A stretch of 64,000 nt of DNA from Lama glama (lineage: Eukaryota): assembly GCA_028534125.1 (NCBI GenBank), contig CM052843.1, forward strand, positions 11,594,001 to 11,658,000, written 5' to 3'. Positions 47,116-59,020 of the stretch are shown here, in pieces (position 1 is the stretch's first letter; every line of letters starts with the position of its first letter). Made by a program: the position numbers and the translations under genes. The notes below the pieces were generated by a model that was given only the letters and a program-made list of their open reading frames with translations, was not told where the DNA came from and ran no database searches.

Positions 47116-50100
47116 TGCGTAAATAGCCCTGAATACAAGCATATTTGTGGCAATAGGGGTAACATAGGAAAATCTCATTCATATTTAAGGATTTCAAAAT
47201 TAATTTTAGAATCAAACATGATTTTTCTAATATTTTTCATTAGCAGGTCTTAACTTTTAACCTTTATTTCAAACTGTGAAACATGATGACTCACTTGAAA
47301 TTTAATGGAGACCTGAACAACTTGAATGCCCGCGCTGGCACTTTCATTGCATACCCAGCTTTGGGGGGAAGGCTGTTGGAATTAGTTTTTCCATTATAAA
47401 CATGGTATGCTATGAATTGGCATTCTTTACCCTTTGCAATGTTAGAAATTTTATTTCTAAGTAAATAAACGAGTGGCATCTGTGGTTTGTTGGATGAATC
47501 ACTTTTCCTACAGAGAACAGGTTGTGTGAAATACTGTGAATATAGAATTACCTAGAACCCTTTTCTTGGAAGCTGTAATAATTTATGCCTCCGGGGAAAT
47601 TTTTAAAAATTATTTTAGAAATGAATTGCAGTAGCTTTGAGGTAGAGCAAGGTTGGCTCACGTAGAACTTCAGCTTTCCTTATTTAGTTTTCTTTCAGGG
47701 CTGAGTAGGTCATATCATATGGAGATACTTTGAGTCTTAAGTGTATAATGTTGTGGAGAAAATATTCTTGAAGGCAGTGTTGTTGAATATATCTTAAAAT
47801 TTTGATTTGAAAACATGAGTAAGTATACTTATCACACTTTCAAAAAGGATTATATCTATGAGTGAAAATGCCAATTCCAGATTTGAGTATACGGAAAGGG
47901 AATTCTGTCGTTTGAATTGAACAAGACAACATTTATTTAACAGACTGAACTGTGCTGTTTCATCTATTGCTACATCAGTATTTCCATTCAGCCTCACATT
48001 TTAAGCATTTTCAAAGTTAGCCAATAAAATTTTCTTCGAACTGATAGTCAAAACAGGGGCAGATGTTAGATAAATCTAATTGACAGCATAGCCTTGAAAT
48101 GTAATTTTCCCTTTGCTGTGGAAAACTGAATGCACTGTGGATTCATATATCTGTATTTTAGATTTATTTATAAGTTTATTTTCTCTATTTTAGAAATATC
48201 TGGGGTAAGAGGACAGGGTGGGATGGGTGGGGAAAGAATTGTTCATACTTACTAGGTAGAGCTCAGCTCCTCAACGTTAATATGGAGAGAGAAGGTCTCC
48301 AAAGTACAGTAAAGCATAATATACTTCTTGTGGTACTAATACATTTTGGTGTTATAACTGAATTCTAAATACTAAAAATTATATTAAGCATATCAAGACA
48401 TAGAAGAAAATATGTCCATATTGAATATGGCAAAGGTTGAAAGTACATTTCAAATGAATATTTGTTGGATGTTGAATTCCCTCTTTGTTCATAGATGTGA
48501 GATTTGTGATTAGCAATCTGATTTAACTCAAATGTGTAAAATCCCACAAAGATGGGCAGCTTGATTTGAGCTACAAATCTGAGGCTTTGAGCACTGTTCG
48601 CTGAAAATCAGTGTTATTCTAAACAAAAATGTAGAATATTTAAATATGTACATTTTGCTTTAGGCGAAAATCTGCGAACACTTAATTGTATTGCTATTTT
48701 TGTGGTATTTCCTTCAGACTATCAGCATGGTAGGCACTGTGATTTGGAAAATAAATAGTTTGACAGTTGACAAAATGCCCTCAGTCATTTAGCTATTTAG
48801 ACTAGAATCCTAATCCTAGCCCCCGGGGTGGAACCCTCCGCTCTCTGTATGTGGAATGGGCTCCTGACCTCAGGATGGAACAGGCTTCCGCGTAGGTTGA
48901 AATGATCTTCCAGTGCGTGTTACTGACACAGAGCCACAGTTGGAAGCTATTTGTATGACAGCCAGTTTTTTAAATCTTCTTACTGTTCTGCTTTCCTCCC
49001 TTTTAAGGTGCACATTCACGTACACAGATTGGCTTCATTTTCCCCCTAGAACTACATTCATTCAGCATCTTCTTCTTCCCTCCTTCCCTTTACCTTCAGT
49101 CCCTCTTTCCTTCCTTCTGACTGTCTGTACTTTCAGAATATTAATTATTTATATCGTGCTAGCCTGTGTTAAGTGCTATGGGAAATATAAAGAATAACTA
49201 CCAGAAATTATTAAGCTGGAAAAGGAATATCAATGCAAGCTTAACTCTGTGTTTCCTTGCTTGTTATTTTCACGTTGAATTTTGGCTTTCTGATTTTTCT
49301 TTTAAAGAACAAAAACTGAGCGTTGATTTCTGAATTACATGTCTGTATGTACTAAAAGTCTTAATCTGTGTCCATGTGAGTAGAGGTCAGGTAGGCAACA
49401 GCAACAAAAGCTCTCTCTCTTAGGTAAATATTTTATTTACGTGGAGTTAACTGTGGCTTTCAAAGTGTGCTCCTGGGAAGGTACACACCTCATGAGGTAG
49501 TTGTGTTGTGTTTTGTGAGGCTGAGACTGGCCAGAGTCCAGGCAGCCTCCATTTAGAATAGCGGTTTTGCTGTTTCCATAGGTACAGATCAGCAAGTGAT
49601 GTAAGCATAGTGCATCGCTGAAAAACATACCAGGAGCGTGGCAGAACCTGATTTTTTTGTTCTTAGAGGAAGTAGCACTGGAACCAGCATCTTCTGAGAA
49701 AGAGTGGGCTCTGATTCTTCCGCTTTGCTTTCTGAGCTGTAGGACAGGTGTGTGCATGTTTGGGAGTGGGGAGAAGTGGGTGCAGATTGTTAATAAAATG
49801 TATACTCTCATGCCTTTTGTTTGTTTGTTTGTTATTGGCCTCTAGATTTCAGTTGCAACTTGTATATTCTACTTACCTGGACAGCAGAATGTTAGCTTTA
49901 GGGACAAGGTCTGCGGTGAGCAGAATTTCACAGTCGTGCTACCATGGTAACTGACACGTGGCATTTGATTGGGGTTAGTAAGAGTTCTGGCTATACTGCT
50001 CACGTTCACTCTGGAAGGAAAGAGGCAGATAAATGTCATTTTCTAGTTAGGTGTTGAATTCGAGTCAGCTGGCCTTTCCAGAATTCCCTTAAAGATAAAA

Positions 50101-50147
50101 TAGCAAATAAAATCAGGCTGCTTCCATTAAATACCTCATAGTTTTTC

Positions 50148-50350
50148 TTTTTTTAAACATTTTTCATTGACTTATAATCATTTTACAATGTTGTGTCAAA
50201 TTCCAATGTTCAGCACAATTTTTCAGTCATACATGGACATATACACACTCATTGTCACATTTTTTTCTCTGTGAGCTACCATAAGATTTTGTGTATATTT
50301 ATTTCCCTGTGCTATACAGTATAATCTTGTTTATCTATTCTACAATTTTG
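50148..50350 (-). mobile_element. Young camelid-type L1 3' end, 5'-truncated (~200 bp)
   Basis: Same family as 1693-1871. Perfect 19-bp TSD aaatacctcatagtttttc at 50129-50147 and 50351-50369. Confidence 0.9.
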
Positions 50351-53139
50351 AAATACCTCATAGTTTTTCGTTTGTTTTTTTAAAGTTCAAATCATTTATG
50401 TCATTCCCAACTGTTTGCAACATCTAGATGTAAGGGATAAATTAAGTATTTATTTATCAAATTATTTATATCTGTAAAATTTATATCCTTCCCTCCTTCC
50501 TTCCCTACCTGTGATTCTTTGGCATTAGGATATAGATATTTCCATTGAGACTTCTGGGGCTAGCTTGAGACTCAGAAAAATTACAAAACCACAGAAGTTA
50601 ACAGTAAATTTTGCAAATTGTGATTTTAACCTAATTCCATGCATTAGGTTGTCTGAGCATTGCTTGCTACTTCATGAATGATTCATGGGTGTCGACAATC
50701 AGTGGAAACAGACTTTTTGATCTAGTCTCAGCTACACGTCTGCCTTCCCATCCAAAAAAAGCCAAGGGAGAGGAAGAAGCACGTAGCGTTTAATGACTGC
50801 TAAAGGGGAATTTAACCACATGGAATAAATGAAGGCAGACAGACCAGTTTTGGACGCTCTCTTAAGTCCATTCCCCCTGCAAGGCTGAGGGTGTGGTGCC
50901 ATCGTCTGCAGAATTATTTGCCTTTGTTGCTTTCGAATGTATTCAAAAAAGTCCTGAACTAACTTAGAATTAATTAATTTGAGGACTTTGCCTCCCTTAA
51001 GCAAAGGTGCCAGTTACGTGCATTTCATAAGCAGAAATCATACAGTTGAAGTTTTGTGGCCCGAACCTAAAGGACTGGGCGTCTGTTAGCGGTCAGTTCC
51101 GCGGACGTGGAGCCCAGTGTGGTTGTGCCTCCTTGAGAGGGAGAAGGACTGAAAGGCAGGAGAGCGATGGGCCAGGCAGACTGCAGTGGGCAGGTGAGTC
51201 GGGGAGCTTGTGGAAGACCTGCCTTGTGCCTTGCACGAACACTGAGAAGAAACAACTGTGTTTGGGGAAACAACTGTGTCATAATTACTGAGTTGGTGGC
51301 TTCAATTATTAGAATAGACAGAGCAGGGGCCAGAGGAGACACTTTATTTCTGTTTCTTTCAGTTCTTTGTCACCAAAAAAGCTATTTGACTTCTATTTCT
51401 AATTCTTCCTTTTATAGGGCAATTTTATTACAGTCCAGAAAGTAAGCTGTTTCCTAGGTTATAAGATAAAATGTTTCACACTCTAGGGTATAACAAGATA
51501 CTTTTGAATGAGGTATATTGAAATCTATATGGTGGTTACTCATGCTATTATATTTGAATGGAATGGATATGTAAAATGCCTTTGACTTAAATTTAACATC
51601 TGTAAGACAGATTAGGTTGGTTTTAGGAGTTTCATTTAATACAATAGTAGATATTGTTTTATTAACCCAGTGGAATCTTGATTTTAGATTTTCTTTGAAG
51701 CTAGATGCTTTGGAACTTAAAGTTTTTTCTCTAATGTAGAAGTTAGATGTTTATTGTTGTTGTTCCTTCAGAATATTCACAGTTTCATAAAATCTTTATT
51801 GGCTACCATCTTCTTACTTTTTTCCTCCGTATTTTTAAAAGGAAAAACCCCAACTTTCTCCTTTCACACCACAGTGGCTTATCACCAGAGCCAGATGCTA
51901 CCTGCAGTGCTGGCCACCGTCCCCACGGTCACCCTGCTATGGTGGCCCAGGACCTTCGACTTACTCACTTCTCAGCCCTTTCCTGTTTCAGGGATAGAAA
52001 GTAAATTTATTTATTATCTATATATTCCCATAAATTTGGTATCTTTGGTTTATTGTGGTATTTCTACATCTGTGTTTTTAATTAAGTCATTACTTTTACT
52101 GAGGTCTCTGTTCATTAAGGGTCCTATTTCCTACTAAATTTCAAGGGCTGATTATGAAAATAACATACCCAATCATTAGCCTATATACTACAGCAAGGTT
52201 TCATGAGGTAAAGTTTTCACAGTGTGTTGAAGTTGAGATAAACAGGTTACCTTGAGGGTTTCGGAGAAAAGGAAAAACAAATGTTGACTATTACTTTTGG
52301 CAAGACATGCTTCTGGGCCTTTACATGTGTTGTATCAATTTAAAACTCTGGGTAAATTCTTTGTGTCAGGAATTGAAGTATGTTCTGATTGTGTGTAAAT
52401 TCTCTTTGATTTGAAGTCGAGACTAAACCGCTTCTTACTTTCAAAGCATTTAAATGTTATATCCTGGGCCATAATGTATAGTGAAATAGGACTTTGTGTC
52501 TTTCAGCTCATCTGCTTTTAATTGAATCTTGTAACAATTGCAGAGACATTTTGCACCACCTTCTAGACTGGTCAAGGAAAATGATTCTTATCTCAGAAAA
52601 GGAAGCTTGATTAACTGATCCCATCAGATACTACAAAATGAATTTTGTCAGAAGTGCTCAAAAGATGTGAATCAAGGATGTGAAGGAAATTGAATTAGAA
52701 GCATGCTACTTCATTAAAAAAAATTTTCATTATGTGGAGTAGCATCCCAGTGTTTTGTTTTTTCACTGTTTTGTTCACAGAACATTTTCTAACATTATTG
52801 CTACCTATATATGCACATGAAGCTTTTCTGTGGCATTATGTCATTAAATACACACATTTGTTTTATTTAAAAGAGCAGTACTATATTACCAAAGCTTGAG
52901 AATCATGAGGGGACCCCAAACAGATAGAAAGTAGGACATGAACACGAATTAAGATGGAAGTGTTTAAACAAATCACGTGTTTAATTAAATGTACAGTTTA
53001 GTTCTATCTGATTAAATGTCCTAGTTTGTAGGCCAGTCAGCAGCATGGTTTCACTACAGAGACATGAATGTGGAAGCAAGTATCAGCAATACAGATCATA
53101 GTACAAATGTGATAGAAAGTTCTTGGAACTGGAAGATCA

Positions 53140-53370
53140 TTTATAATCACTAGTTTGTATATTGTGCTTATTATGTGCTGGGCCGTGTTCTAAGCTCTCT
53201 CATAATCACACAACCCCTAAAGGAAACCTAGTAAGTAGCTGCTGTGATGATCACACTTTAGAGATGGAGAAATGAAGGCAGCAGGAGTTCAGTGACTTAC
53301 CCAGTGATGGGCACCTAATTTAAGTAGCTAGTTAGAGGAAGAATTGGGGCTCAGACCTAGTCTGTCATGG
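53140..53370 (-). mobile_element. MIR SINE
   Basis: gtgcttattatgtgctgggccgtgttctaagc...ctttagagatggagaaatgaaggcagcaggagttcagtgacttaccca. Confidence 0.75.
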
Positions 53371-54574
53371 GTAGTGTTTGCCTGTGAACGTCTGTTCTCT
53401 TAAAAAACATGAAAAACATCCAAATAAACAAAAAAAGTAATTTCAAAATAAAGTTTCATGCGAACTTCTGAGTATGGGTAAGGATGTGATGAGTCTTAGC
53501 ATTTTGCTATCCCCTCCCTCCCCGTGAGGGTCTGCGGGCCCACAAAGTCGCTAAATTGTACTGTAGTTACAAATTGTAAATATGTCAAAAGTTGGATTAT
53601 CTGACATTAATTAATAAAGGGAAATGCAGGTCACAGAAATGCTGTTAAGCTATTCTCTGGTTTCAAATGAGGTTACACAGATAATTCATTCAGTGGGATT
53701 TGTGTTTAGATGTTTTATTAACATGGGTTTTGTTTAAAGGATGGAAAAGGGACTACCCCACTTTCTTTTTCATGTTCCTCTCTTTGAAAATAACCTTAAA
53801 AGTTTTCCTCTTTTGAAAAATCTTAAAAAGGAATCTCCTGGACGTCCCATAATAAGAAATCCTATGACCCTTTCACGCAAAGAAAAGAAAATGTTTCATT
53901 CAAAACCAAATTTCAGTTTTTATTTTTTAAAAATTATACTTCTAAGAGTGACTAGAGAATTCTCTCAATTGCTGTACAGAAAAGCTTAATTTATATTGAA
54001 GTACAGCTTCTATTTCACGTTGACTATTATATTTTTGACAATCATGATCTAAATGAACAGAGATGGCATTTACATTTTATAAAATGTTAAAAACCTAGGC
54101 TGCCCTCCCTCTCAGATTTCCCCTAGTTTTTCTTTCTTTTTTTTTTTAGCATAGATTCTCTCCAGAATCAGTACATAGTGTTTTTGGTTGCTTATGAGTT
54201 TTTGTGCTATAATGAACAGTATTCACCATGAACATAAAAAGAGGTTTTAATTACTTTCCATCTCAAATTTACTTTTTTCACAGCTGCCATTTTCCTTTTT
54301 TCTTTTAAAGCTGTTTTTAAGCATATACATAATAGTTAATTCTGTGACATATGCTTTCAGTGTTTTAATAATTCATGCTATTTCTTAAATCACTGGTTAA
54401 AACCCAGCTCTAAAATTTTTACTCTGAGTCTTTATTTATATTGTAACTCATGGTTAGTAGTAAAAATGTGTTTGCTATACCCCCTGTTAGTGCCTTGACC
54501 ATGTCCTTTTAAAATAAAATGTGGAAATATTTTATAATTCAGAACATAAAGGAGTTTTTAAGAAGGAGGCTTTT

Positions 54575-54775
54575 CTTGCATACTTACATTCTATGTTCCT
54601 TATATACGTGTTATTTTATCAAATTCTAACTATCTTGGGAGAGAGAAATTAGTTGCATTTTATAGGTAAAATCACCAAGGCTCATAGAGATCAGTCAGTG
54701 TCATATAGTGAGGCAGGTAGCTCTAGAATTCGAGCCTGGGGCTATGTATTTCCTAAATCTGTTCCCTTTGGAGTA
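54575..54775 (-). mobile_element. MIR fragment
   Basis: cattttataggtaaaatcaccaaggctcatagag...ctagaattcgagcctggg. Confidence 0.55.
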
Positions 54776-56132
54776 CAACCTAGGCTCCTCTAGTGAGTGA
54801 TGCCAATGAAACTTCTTGATGAGGTGAAGCCCTGATTTGCTTTTCATTCCCCAGCCAACTGGTGGTCTTTTTGTATTTAGCCTATATCCATTTTGGAGCA
54901 GTTATTGTGCATGTGGCAAAATAGGAATGTGTTAGGTGTACAGAAGCAATATATATGGCCTTTGTTCCACCCACATCTTTTATGTAAGAAGAGAAATGGA
55001 AAACAAACATTGAATTACATAAATGGGATTACAAAGCACTGTAACAACAGATGTAAAATAAGGTATCGTAGCAGGTCCACAGTGTGGGAAGGTAAGAGAC
55101 ACTGGGCCCATTGCTGTCATCTCTTGACACTCTTGACCTTGTGGTTACCTTGCTAGGAAATCCACAACTCTACTGTGTATGCTAGATCATTACAACAGAA
55201 TTAGCTACAAATGAAATAGAAATAAGGAATATCTTTTGTTGATGGACTCAGTTGCCACAAAGACAGAAAAATAACTGCAAGTTAGTCTTAGCTGAAAGTG
55301 TCTTGAGAAGGCAGGGTCTTAATGGTGGCTACTACATTCCAAACCTAGCCCAGCTAGGTTGTAAATTCCCCTGCTAAATAGTTAGGGAGGCACCATAACA
55401 CTTGGGTTTATACAAAGTACTGAGTAGATTGTAACTGATTTTAATTTACCTACTAAAGTTCAGTAAATTATATCTGATATATTCTCTAATTGAAGAACAC
55501 CTCTTGTTGAAGAGGTATAAAAATAGTTAATGGTTAATGCTGTAATGTAAGGGTGTTATGAGAACATGTGCTTGTTACAAGTAGTCAGTTGCAGGTACAT
55601 TAGACAGAGAGAATAGAAAGGGGTCCAGGTTTACTGAAGTAAAGCCACCCTGAGGGCCCTTTATTCTTGATATCAACTCGAGTCTAATCTCTACTTCCGG
55701 TTAAAATTCCACCTCCCTACCGCCCAAATACACTCGTCCTTTTTCTGCTATGTGGTTTTGTTGTATTGAGATTACTTACATAAAGCACTCAGAACAATGC
55801 CTAGCAGGTAGAACATTATTTTTAAAAGTAAGCTTTGATCTTTCTCCTTTTCCTCCCTCTCCTCATCATCTGCTTCTATTTCTCATCTCTCCAATTCTTG
55901 TTTCTAGTCTAGGTTGAGTTACAGCGCTGAAAATTTCAGATCAGCATCTCAGCATCAGTTCCCAGCTGAGCTCTACCTGTTATCCAGGCATATACTCTAC
56001 CCTTTCTCTCTTTTTTTCCCTCCTGGTATTTCTCATCTATTTTTAGACTTGAAAGTCTTAATTCACATTGCCAGAGAGTAGAGGCAAGGCTTCTTTCTTG
56101 AATAACAGCTCAATAATCAGCTGAAATTATTA

Positions 56133-56160
56133 TGTATTCATTCATACATACATACATACA
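56133..56160. repeat. (ATTC)n(ATAC)n microsatellite
   Basis: tgtattcattcatacatacatacataca. Confidence 0.85.
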
Positions 56161-58262
56161 GTCACTTAAGAAATGGTACTCACAAGTTAACCACAAGTAA
56201 TCTGACCAGGCATTTGGTAACAGACAAAATGGAGATGGGATACAGTGGCCCAGAGAATTGAGGTCCCTCCCCATTATATTTTTTCCTTTCTCACCTTCTA
56301 AGAGGAAATGAATATAATAATAGCTAGAAATGCTTAAAAAAATGATGGGTCACCACCTGAAAAATCAATTTCCTAGGATTTCTCCCTCTTGAAAAATCAC
56401 TGAGTATTTCTACTAAATTTTCTTTTAATATATGCTTCCTTTGTGATCACTTCTTCACCTCCTTCTGCTTCTACCCTGACAAGCCTCTCCTTGGGGGAGA
56501 AGAAAGAAAAGAAAGAGAAAGAAGAGGATATTTATTCTTATAATTTGCTCCCAACTAGGGCTTTGCACAAATTGTTAGCCAGGAGCACAGTCTAGAGATT
56601 CTGAGGGTGAGAGCATGGAAAGAGGTATGAACAGTGATTAAGCATCTTGCCTTTAAACTCCAGCAAATAATCATTTGTATTTTTCAGCCTCTCTCATCAA
56701 ATTTCTAGTGTACATTGCTGTTGTCAAGAGGTGTTGTCATTATTGGCAGACATCTTCTAAAGAGATGAGAGGGTGATTTTTTAAAAGGAGGGGCTGGCTG
56801 TCACTCATTTATTCCAGAGGAGTGTTTTGGAACATTCTTATTTCTGAATTTGTTGTAGTAAGCTTGGGTGAAAGAGAAAGAAAAATCACTCAAACTGTCA
56901 CCAAAGTAAACAAATATTGTACTTTAACATATTATCAGAAAATACCATTTTAGTGGTGTTGTCTTTAATTTAGAGTGTTTGCCAGACCACATAAAGGCTT
57001 TTAATACTTTTTTTTTTTTTTTTTTTTTTACTGATTGCTCTAGCAGATGCTATAGCAAATAAAAAGTTAAGCCACAGGCTCAGATTTGCACAGGAGTCAC
57101 TGAGTAGTTCGCTGGAGTGGTCCCAGACTGGTGGCTTTGAGACCTTGGGCAAGTTGTTTATTTTTCGTGGATTCAGTATGTCAAAATCTGAAAGATTACA
57201 AAGAGAATTCCATTGTGACTCTGCAGTTAATCTAAAAAACCATGAGTGACCATTTGGAATGCATCATTTTGGCATTACAAATAAACACTTCTGCTTTGGG
57301 GCTGGAGGAGAAGAGACAATGTAGTTTAAGTAGTGTATCCCTGAAACAACTGCTCTGGTATCTGCCATAGTTTAGATTCCCCGCTAGTTTCCTATCTTTT
57401 CACTAGAACATCTCTAGAAGCCTTTTCTCAATTTCATGGATGAACCGAGTTAGAAAGGTAGCAGTTGGCATTGAATCACAGAACGTGTTCCTGAGTGGGA
57501 AAACTGGATCTGGAAAAAAGTCGATCAGGAGTTGAGTCCACACGGACCCGAGTGTCGGAGGGTAGACTCTCCCTTTCCCCACTTCTGTTCTCAGTGCCTG
57601 GCTCTGCAAGGCGGGGCCTTCTGTAATGAAAATGAAAATCCGGTTTTAAGTGAACACACACCCAGTGTACACACACAAAGTGAGCGCAGTAGGATTTTAG
57701 AAAACTGGGACACTGGGATCACTCTGGACAGTCACTGCCCGTCAGAAGTGGACCCTGTCACTTGAGTTTAATATTGTACCAAACTCAGCACTAGCAGCTG
57801 ACACTGTCATTACTGATACTGAAGAATCATGGAATTTATGAGAAGGAGATTTTACAGTTGGGAAAAAATAAATCCAGCGACCTGCCAAATTTCATAGTAA
57901 TTACTTAGTAGTAAATATGAGATCCACTGGAAAGTTGCCCTGTTGCCTATCTAGCTTTTTAAAAAATGTTTTTATAGTAGTAGTTGATACGTGCATGAGA
58001 TCTTTATTAATCTTTATAATTAATACACATGCATCTAGTTGGATATAATGAATTTAGATTAACGTGAACCCCATGCTGAGATGCTGAATTAAATAATGTT
58101 TTTCCTTTACATCACTGTTAAGTAGAATCTCTTAAAAGGAAGGTAGAAAATGTGTGTCCGTACACATTCTGTATTTATCCCCTTATAAAGTTACTTTGTG
58201 TTAGTATCAAATATTCAGAAGGATAGTCCTAAGGACTGTAAGATCTTAAATCATAGAGAAAG

Positions 58263-58296
58263 AGAAAATTATCTTTAGAAGAAAATTATCTTTAGA
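58263..58296. repeat. Perfect 17-bp tandem duplication
   Basis: AGAAAATTATCTTTAGA x2. Confidence 0.95.
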
Positions 58297-58519
58297 ATGT
58301 TATATTTATTGAAGTAGGAGATTATGATCATACATTTTTAGGAGGAATTGGAATAATAAATAATGAATCAAATTTGGTGGTGGTAGGGGGGTAGCATTTG
58401 TCATTTCACGAGTATTCAGATTCGTTGTGGGTTTATTGTGTTCTCTCTGTTTGGCAGATGTGAAAGCCAGAAATTCTAAAGCTTAGCGCTCTTTCTAAAC
58501 AGCCACTGTGAGGAGCTGT

Positions 58520-59020
58520 GAACCTCCCTGCCCCGCCAGGTCCAAGCCCGGCGTCCTGGGCGCCTGGCGGGGCGCTGCTGGGCCAGCTCTCCTTTCGCTG
58601 TGAGGCCTCTGCTTCTGTTTAGTGTCTTTCCTTTCGCCGCCCCCATCCCAGAAAAGTCAGCGGGGCGGTGACTGTCCCGGTTTAGAGGCTTCTCTGGGAA
58701 TACTCCCTGGCCAAAGTGCGGGGAACTTACTTTTCCCCTGATGCGCGGGAGGCCACAAGCATGTTTTCTCTCTTACCAGGTGCTTATGCTTCCTGAATGG
58801 AAGAGGGATTTAAGTCGCTACAGCTACAGAAACATCTTTCATACCTAAGATTTCTAATATATTTTTTCCCTAAAATTTAATGACTGACTCATGATGCCTA
58901 GTTAACATCTTCCTCAGCCGCTTCCGCGGCCAGGCCCACTGATCCCCGAGCCCCTCCTCCCCGCCCCGCCTTCCCTGGCATGGCTGTGTCTGGTGCGGCG
59001 CTCTTTCCACACCGCCTCCC
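58520..59020. promoter_or_regulatory. Small GC/CpG-rich patch with multiple GC boxes (candidate enhancer or internal promoter)
   Basis: About 25 CpGs by hand count, in two sub-clusters within an AT-rich intron. GC boxes at 58531, 58637, 58662 and 58961. Function is inferred only. Confidence 0.45.
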
